Of a stretch of DNA of 64,000 nucleotides, positions 31,432-42,840 are shown in pieces. Source of the DNA: a virus. Within the stretch, counting starts at the first letter, position 1; each line of letters begins with the position of its first letter. Location of the stretch: the IMG/VR virus record IMGVR_UViG_3300035698_016797, positions 1 through 64,000 of that record, one strand, 5' to 3'. Under the pieces are notes generated by a model. The model saw only the letters and a list, made by a program, of their open reading frames with translations. It ran no database searches and was not told where the DNA came from. The translations under genes were made by a program, and so were the position numbers.

Positions 31432-32253
31432 TTTTTTTTAGGGAAAATTTCTCATGAAAAAAAACCCCACCTGGAAAGAATATGTTGACAATTCTATTTG
31501 TCAATACCCAACTCTGTATGCGAAATCAAACTGGGAAGATAGCGAATTTTCAGTTGCACATCAGACGTTTATAGTTCTAGGAAACGGAATGGAATGGGGA
31601 ACTATGAATGGAACAAAATTCGTTCTTGGTGAAGATCAGCATGAAAGAATTAATGGAGAATGGGAAAAAGTAGGTTTTGCCGTTTTAGCAGATGTTGAAC
31701 ATCCTCTACATCGGTTCATAAACAACGTATGGTGGGAGAGGATGGACGAGCATTATCACAACAAAGAAATGTATTTTTCTAAGCCTCCAGAAGCTGGAGA
31801 CGAGGAGTATACATATCTACAACAAAGTGAATTTGAAGGAAAACCTTTCCCAGATTTTTGCGGACCACGCATAGTTCGTCATGATACTCGTGTTTTTAAC
31901 CCCAAAATCAAACGTCCTGAACGGCCATATCCCAACTTTCAGAGAACCTATTCTAAGGCATGGCTGATTGAACCAGAAAAGATTGAACCAGACTGGCTAT
32001 TGGCCATGCTCAAGCACCATGAGCACTGGTTTAACTACTTCACTACAAACGAAAATCCACACTTACATGTGGCAACTGGGCCAGAATATTTAGAGAGATG
32101 GAAAGATTTAACAGTTGCAAAAGTACAAGAAGACTGGAGGGTTCCGGTATGGAATGGTTCCAATATTGATGAGGCAGTTCAATACCTCAGAGATAAGCAG
32201 TTGAAAGAAAACATCACATTTCTAAGAGAAACCGTGGAAAGATTAAGAGTGTA

Positions 32254-32715
32254 ATGAAACCTTACCGCAAATTCGGTAAATGGTTCCAAATACGATGGAA
32301 AGAAGCGTTGGGCAAGCCAGAATGTCCCTACCTCTATCGTTGGACACTGATTATCTGTGGATTTTCAATACGTCTTCACCATTGGTTGAGAAGTGATGAT
32401 AACCGCTACTTCCACGACCATTCCTGTAATCTCATCTCAATCATCCTAAAGGGACGCTATACAAACGTTATTCCTCTCAATGATACAAGCCCAGATGTTA
32501 CCAACGCTCGCTTTATACAGGCTGGAGCATGGCGTCCTTGGTTTGCTAAGGCAACTGCCAAACACTACCTTTCTATTCCTTCTGAGGGAGCGTGGACGTT
32601 ACTGTTCCAAGGAAGACCTTTCCATAAATGGGGTTTTTACGTGAACGGTAAAAAAGTCCGTCCATTAAAGTACTTTCATCGTTTCGGGATAATTCAAAAT
32701 GAAGACTACCAATAA
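32254..32715 (+). CDS. Cupin-fold phage protein
   Basis: IRLHHWLRSDD..YFHDH...SIILKGRY. Confidence 0.68.
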   Translation: MKPYRKFGKWFQIRWKEALGKPECPYLYRWTLIICGFSIRLHHWLRSDDNRYFHDHSCNLISIILKGRYTNVIPLNDTSPDVTNARFIQAGAWRPWFAKATAKHYLSIPSEGAWTLLFQGRPFHKWGFYVNGKKVRPLKYFHRFGIIQNEDYQ

Positions 32716-33291
32716 GGTGACAAACATGAGACTCAAAAGAACACGCAAAAACTTCGGTGGTGGCAGTGGAAGGTGCACCCATGAAGGCGTCAAGTTTAGA
32801 GTCGTAGTTTGGGAGTTGACCAAAGGCACTCAAACGGTCATTGAGAGTAGACTTTTTGGTAGCAGTATGGAACTTCGTTTCGACGGAGAGCACATATTCA
32901 AATCTGATATTGAATGCGCAGGACAACTTACAGGTGGAGAAATCATAAGACTCATCGACGTGGAGAGAAAAGCTGCGTATGAAAGTGGAAGAGATTCCAA
33001 GCTGAAACAGATCAAAACGGCATTGGGATTATAGTTTAATGATCAATCATCGCACAATAAAAGGTGCATGTCCACGTTGTTATAAAAATCCATGCACCTG
33101 TGGACACATGGCAGAACAGGAAGCGTGGGAAGCAGCATTCAAGGCGTGCCTACAGAGACCAACGTGGACAGCACGAGAGCGTGAAATACGTGCAAAATCT
33201 TCAGCAAAACTGACAGGAATAGAGCCAATTGAAGGGGCTGATTCGTTAGACGTTTTTGGAGTCCTAATAGAATCATTGAAAGGGTAGAAAG

Positions 33292-33783
33292 ATGAGAAAA
33301 AGAAACTTTACATTGCTGGAACTCGTGGTTTGCTTCTGTTTCCTTGTGATCCTTGGAGCTATTGCCTGCAAAATCCTTTTTGGATGCCAGAAGAAAAACC
33401 ATCCAATCACCGTGAGCGAGCAAACCGTTGAAGTTACTATTAAGCTCGATAGTGACGTAATTGCAGGCTTAACAAACGGCTTAATGGAGTCTTTTAAGAA
33501 AGAAATGACTGCAAGGATTGAATCCGAGGCAAAGGCTGCGTTTATTAAAGCCAAGAAGGACATTAAAGAAGAACGTTGGGACAACACAGTACATCCTAGT
33601 GGTGAGACGGTAAAGGAAGAGGAACCGGAAAAACCGAAACCTCCTCCAACTCCAGAAGGTCCGAAACCTCCTACAGCGCCAGAGGTTAAACCTGAACCTC
33701 AACCAGAATCGGTAGAAAAGTCTACTCTCGTGGAAGTTCCAGCTAAAAAGATCAGAAAATGGGATAATTCTATACATCATTAA
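33292..33783 (+). CDS. Second prepilin-like N-terminal methylation-domain protein with Pro-rich tail
   Basis: KRN-FTLLELVVCFCFLVILGAI. Confidence 0.65.
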   Translation: MRKRNFTLLELVVCFCFLVILGAIACKILFGCQKKNHPITVSEQTVEVTIKLDSDVIAGLTNGLMESFKKEMTARIESEAKAAFIKAKKDIKEERWDNTVHPSGETVKEEEPEKPKPPPTPEGPKPPTAPEVKPEPQPESVEKSTLVEVPAKKIRKWDNSIHH

Positions 33784-33850
33784 TGTGTATTTGAGCATTC
33801 CACGGATGAAGAGCCTCCACAAGCTACGGCTGACAGATAAGGGAAATAAG

Positions 33851-35202
33851 ATGATCACAGATTGGGAAGGTAGAATACGTGATATAATCGCGACCTGTGC
33901 GGGAGACTCTCACATTCGATTCAACATCACAACTCACGAATTCTCTTGTCGCATCACCTCTTCTGACAGCGTCGTTCTGTATTATGTAAACTGTGGATCT
34001 GACATACTCCATTGTAATGGCATCCCTGGAGTGTTTAATGGAGAACACATTTTGACCGATGCCAAGAGTGGAAAGTACAATTTAAAAAATGGCGTTAAGA
34101 GATTGATGGATACTGACATCTTTTTTAAGAGCAGTATTCAAGCACGTTCTGCTGCTTTTGCATGGATTCTCAACCATTATAGCAAAAATGCTCAAATACA
34201 CATTAATGAGGCATTTCAATGTATTTAGACGTGTTTTACAAAACAAATCTGTCTGAGCAGGCATTTTTGGCTATTGACGAAGTTGCCCAAAGAATGCATA
34301 TTAGAATAGCCGGAAGTAGACGCAACGATGCATATATGTGTTATGGGAATTTTGGTGGGATCAAAAAATATCTGCGCCATCAAGGTGTTTGGAAAGAATA
34401 CTCTGTGGAAGATGGAGATATTGTAACCGGAGAAAATGCCGGTAATGTTTGGGACGCATACTATCCACACAGCAGAGCTGCGTTTTCCGCATTTCTCACA
34501 TGGTGTATGAACAATAAACAGATTCCAAGTCTTTAGGAGTGTTTCAATGAGTAGATATCTGTCACTAAATTTTGAAACAGGCTTTGCTCCTGAAGCACTA
34601 GTCATGATTGATGAACTTGCCAGAGTTATGGATGTAGACATCAATCAAAGCAAAAGAATCAGCGCAAGTATGTGCGGTGGACGTATTGATGGACGCAGAA
34701 AGTCTCTGCGTAATGACGGCACATGGCAAGAATTTACTGATGAGGATCGGAAAATAGTAGTCTCAGAACATAGAGCAATTTGGAATGGCTACTTCCCATC
34801 TTATCGGGCTGTAATGGTTGCGTTTATTATGTGGTGCGTCAACCACAATAAGGTTTCAATCCTTTAAAGGTCAATATTATGTCAGCATATTTGAGATTAG
34901 ACTTTGACCCTGGAATTTCAGTTGCTGCTGTTCATGCTGCAAGTGAATTTGGAAGATCTATTGATCTGAGAATTCAAGGTTCCGAAGGCTGTCTGTCATG
35001 TTCCAGCTATATCCGTAATGGTAGTAATGGACAGCAATATCTTAGAAAAGATGGGATTTGGAAAGTCTTTACCCCAGAAGACCGCAGAATATGCGATTCA
35101 GGACAAAGGGAAACTTGGGATGGATTTTATGGAAACAATCAAAAAGCTGTTACTGCATTCCTGATATGGTGCATTAACAACAAGAAGATAGGCGCATTAT
35201 GA
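33851..35202 (+). repeat. Tandem paralogous approximately 106-aa genes (34219-34536, 34547-34867, 34879-35202; weaker 33851-34228)
   Basis: Shared LRxxGxWKxF/Y...WDxYY/F...AFxxWCxNNKxIxxL pattern. Confidence 0.8.
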
Positions 35203-35601
35203 ATTTCTTTCCGATAGGATTTCAACCAGAGGGAGAAGATCCATTACATCCTGACGACTATCATTTCCACACGATTAATAGGATGTTCGCATACGCTTTT
35301 TCTTGTCAACTTTGTAGACACTTCCAACCGGTCCCGGAAGATGCACTCTTTATCACGAAAGCTACATTTTACAGTATGCCCGTACTTGAGGCATGTCTCG
35401 TATGTACGGACATCGAAAACGAGGAAACAATGCAATGGGCTTACATAGTTGAGACCATTTTACCAACAACTTGGGATGAAGAGGCAAAGATATGGATACA
35501 AAACGAAGCGGAACAACATGACATTGTCTTCAATTTTAATCATACTAACTCCAATGGGTGTGCTAACGATAGTGTGCATCGCATTGGTTTTAATTGACAA
35601 A

Positions 35602-37194
35602 ATGGTTGAAAGCATAGAAGAAGAAGGAAATAGATGGTTGAACCATGACATCTATTTGGTCCAATTTGCAGAACTAAAGAGAGGATGTATTTCAATGTCA
35701 GATGGCAAGCAGAACTACAGAGAAACAGACACGCTATTACGCTTTAATGGTGACAAAGACAATTCTGTAAAGACAAAGTTGTGTCGCGTAGCCTTAAGGC
35801 CGGTTAAAAGTTGGAGATCAACCAATCAGGACAAGGACTGTTGGTATTCCATCTTTGCGTGTATTCAAGATGGAAAACAAAAGTGGTTGTTAAAAAGGCA
35901 ATCCATCCATCAAGACACTATAAAATCGTCTGTGAGCGAAACTATCATTCCACACGCGAACGGAATGAACATTCTCAAAAGCCAAAATGAATCAAAAGTC
36001 ACCACCTTCAGACAAGAAGGTTTCAGTGGTTCAAACATTATGGCTGGCTTTTTCAACAACACTCTTACTATGGGGCAGAGTTCGAAGAGAATATTCGACA
36101 TCCTCACCGAATCGTTGGCTACCGAAGCTGATGACTCACCTCTTGTCAACACCCCGGAATATGACCCTGAAGACGATCTTACTACAAGGTATCGCTGCAA
36201 GGGAACAACCACCGGCAGAACAAATGGATTTATGTTGCGCCAAATAGACAGTGAACTCGAATGTATCTATTGCAACACCATGAGATGTGATGTCTTGTTT
36301 GTTACTTCCACAGATAGAGAAGTACCGTGTCATGGAGACTGTCTTGAGGCGGAAGTAGAGATGAATCCAGATGTCGGGATTGCTCTGGTAATACATGAAA
36401 CAGTGTTCGGAGGCATTCCAGAAGGCAGGCTTCCTGCTGGAGTAAATGTGCTTGAAACACCACTATCTAACTCCTCTGTTCCAGAAGACGACAAGTGTTG
36501 TTTCTGTGACAAGAAAAAGTGCACCGCTGACGGATATGTAAAAGGTAAACTAACATCCTTTCACAGACTCTGTGCCCTCAAACAGCTCACCCTTACACCT
36601 TGGGATGCTGAACTTGAATCTTTGATAGGTGACACCGTACTTATTCCAAGTGGAAGAGTTCCTCAAAGTATGGTTCCACACAAGGCTGTATGTTTTATGT
36701 GTGGAGTTTCTGGGGCAGACAGGGTCGCAACAGACTTCGTTAATGGCCAACCACGATTTCTGCATATCAAATGCCTAGAGGATGAGATCAACAAGGATGG
36801 GATGACAGAGGATGACCTCCTTGATCTTGCCACAGAACTTATGAAAGACAGACAGATAGAAGAGTGCTGGTATTGTGGAAACAAAGAAGGCAAACTTATC
36901 TGGTCAGAGGAATATTGTGTATGGGTTCACAAAGAATGCGTTATCAGAGACGTAATGGAAGACTCTGCCGACGCAATCAACCTCAACATTGCCGCAGAAC
37001 TTCTCACCCAAGAAGAATTGAACATCCCGCAAATAATACAAGAAACTGGTAAATGTAAAGAGCTGAACGGTTGTGTCAAGATGGCTCACATTTTCCTGAG
37101 AAGGGTAAATGATATGCTCGAAGGAGAAGAGAATGTCTTCGAACCTGCTCCCAACTGGATTACGAAGTTGGAAGAGGCATTAGACAATGAATGA
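35602..37194 (+). CDS. Large protein with four CxxC...HxxC zinc-finger repeats
   Basis: CIYC..HGDC, CCFC..HRLC, CFMC..HIKC, CWYC..HKEC; start at MVESIE. Confidence 0.7.
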   Translation: MVESIEEEGNRWLNHDIYLVQFAELKRGCISMSDGKQNYRETDTLLRFNGDKDNSVKTKLCRVALRPVKSWRSTNQDKDCWYSIFACIQDGKQKWLLKRQSIHQDTIKSSVSETIIPHANGMNILKSQNESKVTTFRQEGFSGSNIMAGFFNNTLTMGQSSKRIFDILTESLATEADDSPLVNTPEYDPEDDLTTRYRCKGTTTGRTNGFMLRQIDSELECIYCNTMRCDVLFVTSTDREVPCHGDCLEAEVEMNPDVGIALVIHETVFGGIPEGRLPAGVNVLETPLSNSSVPEDDKCCFCDKKKCTADGYVKGKLTSFHRLCALKQLTLTPWDAELESLIGDTVLIPSGRVPQSMVPHKAVCFMCGVSGADRVATDFVNGQPRFLHIKCLEDEINKDGMTEDDLLDLATELMKDRQIEECWYCGNKEGKLIWSEEYCVWVHKECVIRDVMEDSADAINLNIAAELLTQEELNIPQIIQETGKCKELNGCVKMAHIFLRRVNDMLEGEENVFEPAPNWITKLEEALDNE

Positions 37195-38478
37195 TGAGTT
37201 TGTCATCAATTGTTCAAGTGCATGGAATCTATGTCCCACGTTTCCGACCATGATTCCTGAGGGATGTGGCTCTTTACATCCAAGAATGATGAGATCTACT
37301 TGGAAGACTGCAATACATCTGTATGTTGCATGTCATTTTAGAACGCACAAAACACAAGAAATGGTGCGTTCGATTGAACTCCCCTCTGATGCGATTACAT
37401 TTCTACACAACAACGAAGGTTCAATCAGAAGCAAGTGGGAGACTCACAGACTGGAAGCTATTAAGTTTGCGGCAAAAGCGTTTGCAGAACCAAACCAACT
37501 TTCATTGTTACAACTGATGGCAAAATATGAAAGAGTTGTATTTCGTTCAAGAGATACGTTTCTTGGGGTTAACGATTCTGGAGAAGGTGCCAATCAATGG
37601 CTCACATCAATGTGTGACAGCGTGCAGAATTATCACTTCCACAAAATGTTTATCATTGCCAAAGGTTCTGTTTATAACGGGAAAACAACTGGAACTTTAC
37701 TGTATCCTGAATGTAAGTGTGGTGCCAATTTGGGAAGATGCTATTCAATCCCAATGAGCAGAACCTCTTTTACTGTCGCAAAAAGAATGTTGGCAAACTA
37801 TGGATTTTCATTCATCTTAGATCCAAATCATCAAGCGTTGATGGAGGTGGACCAAGAAGAAGATGGTAGAATTGTCATAATTGATGGCACACTTGCAACC
37901 AAGGATGACGACAAGGTAAAATTTCAAACCGTATTGAGGAAGATATACACTTATCTTTTGTCAGCAGATTGTGAATCCCATGAACAGGAAAGACGTAAAA
38001 GTCATCAGCATAGAAGACGAACTGCAAGACGTCCTCATGTGGCAAAACATCGAATGGCATCGACGTTTACAATGTTCGGAACTCCTTTTGTATCTACTTC
38101 TTTTGCAGATGCATTTGATATTAACATTCCGATTGCAGAAGAGGAACCTCCGACTCTTCGAAACCTTGAACATCTAAGACCATCACAAAGAACAACTATG
38201 CAACAAAGAACAGCCTCATTCATTGACAGAAGAAGGAATACACGATGAGTAAAAGAAAAAAGAAAGCTGAATGTTTTTTCTGCAACAAAAAGGCAGACCG
38301 TGGAGACTTGGTCTCAATCTGTTACTCTGGAAAAAAGGATGACGGTACACCGTTCAGGACCGTAGTTAAAGCCTGTCTTGCACATCATGGAGTGCCAGAA
38401 TTGGCTAAAGAATACGAAGACCACGTCAACAGACAACAGGAGGAAACCCCGGATGAAGAAACTACACCGTCGTCATGA
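37187..38478 (+). other. Hypothetical CDSs (37187-38248, 38245-38478)
   Basis: Overlapping start/stop codons; the second has CxxC...CxxH. Confidence 0.65.
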
Positions 38479-38678
38479 GCAGAAGAAACGCCCTCTTGGG
38501 GTTGGAGCAATGAACTCCACACTTTTCACTCAAGTGAAGGGTAAGTGCGAGATAGCTGCCGCAGGCAGCTGTAAAGCTTCAAGTCTTGCCAACTGTCTGT
38601 CATGCAGTGTTGGAAAAAGCGTTCTCAACATCAAGCCTGAGTAAACACAGAATTCACAGTCGAAGGAGAAAGGACATC

Positions 38679-39206
38679 ATGATTAACGTACTGAAAGATG
38701 GAGCAGAAAGTACCATTGCAGGTGGTACTCTTCAGGATCTCATCAAGATCTTGAGCATCGGAGATGACTGGCAAATCAAGGTTGGAGGGATGGTTATTCC
38801 AAGCAACTCCGAAATCGAATTTTCAGATGGACACGAAGTCGTCTTCTCTTCGCCAGCATATCTACGCCTCTCTGAGAGCGACGAGAGTGTGGACGATACC
38901 GCTGAGGGTTCCAACGCAACGTCACCGGCAATGGAAGCGGTTGCCGCAGCGGGAATTCTCACAGCCGATACGGAAGCAGCACTTGCCGAACAGTTGGCAT
39001 CGACACCTTCAATTCGCATCATAGTCAGGAGTAAATCAATTGTCCTGCTTAATGATGGAAAGCCAACCCTGCATGACAAACTGCCAACTCCGTCGAAACT
39101 CAAGACGGCGCTTCACGTCATGGATGTTTTCCCTCTGTTGGGAACCTCCATTATTGTATGGAAGAAGAAAATAGAAGATGAGAATTCAGAAACACCTACC
39201 CCGTGA
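38679..39206 (+). CDS. Hypothetical protein with possible N-terminal ubiquitin-like domain
   Basis: GGTLQDLIKILSIGDDWQIKVGG...FSDGHEVVF resembles the beta-grasp pattern of 39785-40417. Confidence 0.45.
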   Translation: MINVLKDGAESTIAGGTLQDLIKILSIGDDWQIKVGGMVIPSNSEIEFSDGHEVVFSSPAYLRLSESDESVDDTAEGSNATSPAMEAVAAAGILTADTEAALAEQLASTPSIRIIVRSKSIVLLNDGKPTLHDKLPTPSKLKTALHVMDVFPLLGTSIIVWKKKIEDENSETPTP

Positions 39207-39784
39207 TCGTGGCAACTGTGATGGTTGTCTTGAAAGATGTAGATACTCCCTCTCTTCGCCGGAAAGCAAAGGGTGTATGAAAGCAGAAGGAGTAGCACGA
39301 ACAGGGGTAAAAGAACAATCGAACATTCGCAGTGAAGTTGGCAAACTAAATGCCAACCTCGCTTTAACCCTAGGTGTAGAGGAGGATAAAACATGCGCTG
39401 ACGGAAAATGAACATTCTTCATATCAGCAACTCTAACATCAAGTCGTCACTCTTGTTTTGGAAGCAGATCCATTCTGCGATCCAAACAACTGTCCAATGG
39501 TCACCAGCTTTCAACCTGGAGGAGATTTTAGACCTTGATCTAAGTATGTATGACCTTGTCATCTACGAAGAAAAGGTAGGGCTTACTTCTCTGGCAGTAC
39601 AAATGTCTGAAAACCAACACTTGGCAGAAATCATTAACCATATCAACCATAAGCTCTATGTGGTAACGCGTAGGAGATCTACGCATTCCAATACTGGGGT
39701 AGCAGTTTTTACAAGTCGGAAAGATATTCTTTCTGCACTGCAAGCCCAAAATGCGCGATAAGCGCAAAATTGTGGAGGTGACTC

Positions 39785-40417
39785 ATGTCACAGAACGTAG
39801 CAGTATCATTCGGCGTCAACAAGATGAACCTGGAAATCGCAGGCCAGAGCCTCGCCACCGTCGCGCATCAGCTGAAGAGCCTCTTGGGGCTTGCCGGTGG
39901 CGAAACCCAGAAAGTCAATGGTCGCGAAGCTGCCAATGACTACATCCTCAAGGCTGGCGACAGGCTTGAGTTTGTGAAGGTCAGTGGTCGCAAGGGTGCA
40001 AACGTCTCCGTGACGTTCGGCGTCAACAAGATGAACCTGGAAATCTCAGGCCAGAGTCTGGCAACGGTTGCTCACCAGCTCAAGTCCCTCCTGGGACTTG
40101 CCGGTGGTGAGACCCAGAAGGTCAATGGTCGTACAGTGGCCAATGACTACATCCTCAAGGCTGGTGACAGGCTTGAGTTTGTGAAGGTCAGTGGTCGCAA
40201 GGGTTCGATCGCCGTCAGTGCCGGTGTGAACCGTATGGACCTGGAGCTGGCTGGTAAGACTGTCAGCCAGGTTCGTAAAGAGCTGGCAAGCCTGCTCCAC
40301 ATCGACAATACGTGGAAAGCGGAAGTCAATGGTGCCACCTGTGGTGCCACCAAACGCCTCCGCAACGGTGACAGTCTGGAATTCATCAAGGATTCCGGCA
40401 CCAAGGGTGATGGCTGA
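39785..40417 (+). CDS. Tri-ubiquitin-like precursor (three tandem Ubl domains)
   Basis: Units of 71, 69 and 68 aa, each ending EFxKxSGxKG; 207-nt near-identical DNA repeat (39809 vs 40016); trailing DG. Confidence 0.88.
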   Translation: MSQNVAVSFGVNKMNLEIAGQSLATVAHQLKSLLGLAGGETQKVNGREAANDYILKAGDRLEFVKVSGRKGANVSVTFGVNKMNLEISGQSLATVAHQLKSLLGLAGGETQKVNGRTVANDYILKAGDRLEFVKVSGRKGSIAVSAGVNRMDLELAGKTVSQVRKELASLLHIDNTWKAEVNGATCGATKRLRNGDSLEFIKDSGTKGDG

Positions 40418-40519
40418 AACCATCAAATGCTATTGATGTAGCATTAGAGTCGGAGGGGGAATGTTCCCCTTCCGACTTTTTCTTTCCAAACTGCACTAAA
40501 ACATGGAGGAATAACCAAC

Positions 40520-41251
40520 ATGGCGGCTCCAACCACAGTTCGAACCTACATTCGTATGGAAGGTGAGAGCACTGAACTAGTAGAGGAACGAGTCAAAAAG
40601 AGCTTTGAGACTGAATCTTTTCTTGAAGCACTGAGGCTCGAAGCTGGACTATCGTCCGGTCTCATTCCTCAAGATTGCATCTTCTTCTTCCGTAAACCAC
40701 CAACATCGGCAGAATCCGGTGATGATGCAGTTTACGTGATGGAAAAAGAACCTCGTACGGTCACTATGCACTTTCGCAATTCCGGTGCCAGCGGTAGCGG
40801 AACCGTTCATCCACTCAAAGTGTCTCTTCCGTACTGTCTTTTCTTCATACCCGTTAGAGGTGGAAACATACAGGACATTTGGCCAGTATGTTCAAAGCAG
40901 CGCATCAAAACCATAGATGATCCCATCTTTGTGTTGCCGATACCAAACGTGTACGATTCGGGCCATGGAAGAATTTGTGTTGGAAATCTTCGCATCGACA
41001 ATGAGAGTCCCATCCATGTGAGACTTAACAAGTTGGTGTCGATGGTTTTCACGTCTGAGTTCAACTTGGATTTGACCACGATCTATCCTTCTGTGATGGT
41101 GAAGAAGTCTGGTGAAGATCCATCCATTTTTGGATGGGCACACAAGTCGGAAGGCAATTCGTTGTTTGGATGCTCCGATGAGGTAGAGTACCTGCCTCAT
41201 AATTACGGAACATTCAAAGGTCTAATGGGGAATATAGGATGTCAACTGTAA
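40520..41251 (+). CDS. Prokaryotic E2-like conjugating enzyme (Prok-E2 / PRTRC protein B-like)
   Basis: LPYCLFF...LPIPNVYDSGHGRICVG (putative catalytic Cys)...FTSEFNLDL; gene context. Confidence 0.78.
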   Translation: MAAPTTVRTYIRMEGESTELVEERVKKSFETESFLEALRLEAGLSSGLIPQDCIFFFRKPPTSAESGDDAVYVMEKEPRTVTMHFRNSGASGSGTVHPLKVSLPYCLFFIPVRGGNIQDIWPVCSKQRIKTIDDPIFVLPIPNVYDSGHGRICVGNLRIDNESPIHVRLNKLVSMVFTSEFNLDLTTIYPSVMVKKSGEDPSIFGWAHKSEGNSLFGCSDEVEYLPHNYGTFKGLMGNIGCQL

Positions 41252-41595
41252 AGCAGTTTGACAGAATATTGAGTGCAACTGAAAACATTCCAACCGTCAA
41301 TGCTCAACCAATCAGTTCCGTGTTTGGGGTTTTGACAAAAAACAGTGTTCCTCGGTTGCTGACAATTACCGGAAATGCGACAACTATCATGTTGGCGCAG
41401 TTTTTACTGTTCTTGCGCAGACAGTTGAAGCATGTAAAATGTTTGATGGTCCTTGACAACAAAAACAAGGGTCAAGTAGATCGCGCATTCGTTAAGGCTG
41501 AAGTGATTCAGAGAGACAGAGATGCTGCAAAAGCCATTGCGGCCAAGAAAAAAACCAAGGGTAAGACGGTCAAAAAGACCAAGGAGTTGTTCTGA
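41239..41595 (+). CDS. Small basic hypothetical protein within the Ubl operon
   Basis: Overlaps the E2 stop and the JAB start. Confidence 0.6.
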   Translation: MSTVKQFDRILSATENIPTVNAQPISSVFGVLTKNSVPRLLTITGNATTIMLAQFLLFLRRQLKHVKCLMVLDNKNKGQVDRAFVKAEVIQRDRDAAKAIAAKKKTKGKTVKKTKELF

Positions 41596-42680
41596 TGAAC
41601 AGATTCGTGACGTCCCAAGGCATCCCAATCATTACAATGGAAGATGGAGATGATGTGGAGTCCATTACGGACCCCATCTGTTTCATCGTTTCATCCAAAG
41701 GTTGCTTCGTAAAGAAGACCAATCGGTTCTACACTTCCGTAACCGCAACAGGAAAAGACGGAATCAGCGTGCTTGGAGAAGTCAAGCCGTTCGTATCTTT
41801 CGCAGTAACAAAGCTGCCGCTTCCGACATTCCGTGCCATTCGCCAGTTCTTCACTGATGTCTACAAGAAGATGCAATCTGAAGTGGCCATCATGTTGTAC
41901 TACGATTTCGATGCGAAGTTGTGGTTGTGGGTGGTTCCTGAGCAGAAGGTAACTGCCGCCAGTGTTGACTATGAGGAGACCGACAAATCCATCATCATCA
42001 ACCAGGACAACGAACGTATTGAAGGTCCGGTTCCAGACAGCTTTACGAAGCTCGGAAGTATCCATTCTCATGCAGGAATGGGAGCCTTCCATTCTGGTAC
42101 TGACAACGCTGACGAATTCCACTTCGACGGCCTACACATCACCATCGGCTCGTTCAACAAGGCAAGCAGTGGAGATTGTTCGTACTCTGCACGCTGGATC
42201 ATCGCCGGAGAAGAAGTGAAGACTGAAATCACGGAAGTGGTTGCAGATCTCGATCCTCCTGGAGAATACCCCGAAGATGCTCATGAAGCAGTAAAGAAGG
42301 GTACATCTGCCAGTCGCACTTATGGATCAGGACGTTCCATTGGTGCCGGTACAGGAAAAGGAGGTGCGGGTCAATCGGGAATAACAAACCCTACCCAGGC
42401 GGCGAAAGGCCGCCAGACGACGCAGACGACTCAGAGTGGCAAGCCTGGTACGAAACCTGGGGAAGGTGCGACGGTGGATACAACTGGTAAAGCTCCAGCG
42501 ACTGGTAAAGCTCCAGCGACTGGTAAAGCTCCAGCGACTGGTAAAGCTCCGACAACTGGGAAAGGTCCAGTGAAGGGTTTGACGGCAGGTGACACTCAAG
42601 CAGTGACTCCTCTCGTTCCGGCGAAAGGTTCAGAAGAAAAACCGGGCCAGGAAAAAAAAACCAAGACAGAGTCATCGTAG
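41595..42680 (+). CDS. JAB/MPN metallo-isopeptidase with low-complexity tail
   Basis: QSEV...GSIHSHAGMGAFHSGTDNADE (E...HxH...SxxD). Confidence 0.88.
   Translation: MNRFVTSQGIPIITMEDGDDVESITDPICFIVSSKGCFVKKTNRFYTSVTATGKDGISVLGEVKPFVSFAVTKLPLPTFRAIRQFFTDVYKKMQSEVAIMLYYDFDAKLWLWVVPEQKVTAASVDYEETDKSIIINQDNERIEGPVPDSFTKLGSIHSHAGMGAFHSGTDNADEFHFDGLHITIGSFNKASSGDCSYSARWIIAGEEVKTEITEVVADLDPPGEYPEDAHEAVKKGTSASRTYGSGRSIGAGTGKGGAGQSGITNPTQAAKGRQTTQTTQSGKPGTKPGEGATVDTTGKAPATGKAPATGKAPATGKAPTTGKGPVKGLTAGDTQAVTPLVPAKGSEEKPGQEKKTKTESS
42483..42569 (+). repeat. 18-nt tandem repeat (ACTGGTAAAGCTCCAGCG) encoding TGKAPA
   Basis: Three exact copies plus two degenerate copies, in frame in the JAB tail. Confidence 0.95.
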
Positions 42681-42840
42681 AGAATCCGGCGAGTGCGGGA
42701 ATACAATTCCTGAAAACGACTCCAGATCAGAGCAGTTCATAGAAAGAATGGTCGAAAGGTTCGGCTCTGAAGTTGGAGACAATCTTCAAGAGGCTGTTGA
42801 GTTGGCACGAGCCAGCCAACAGTCAGAAGGATAGAACGAT

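Larger units (their letters stand above)
30450..33287 (+). other. Hypothetical CDSs (30450-30812, 30815-31348, 31454-32254, 32699-33034, 33039-33287)
   Basis: Tiled ORFs. Confidence 0.6.
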
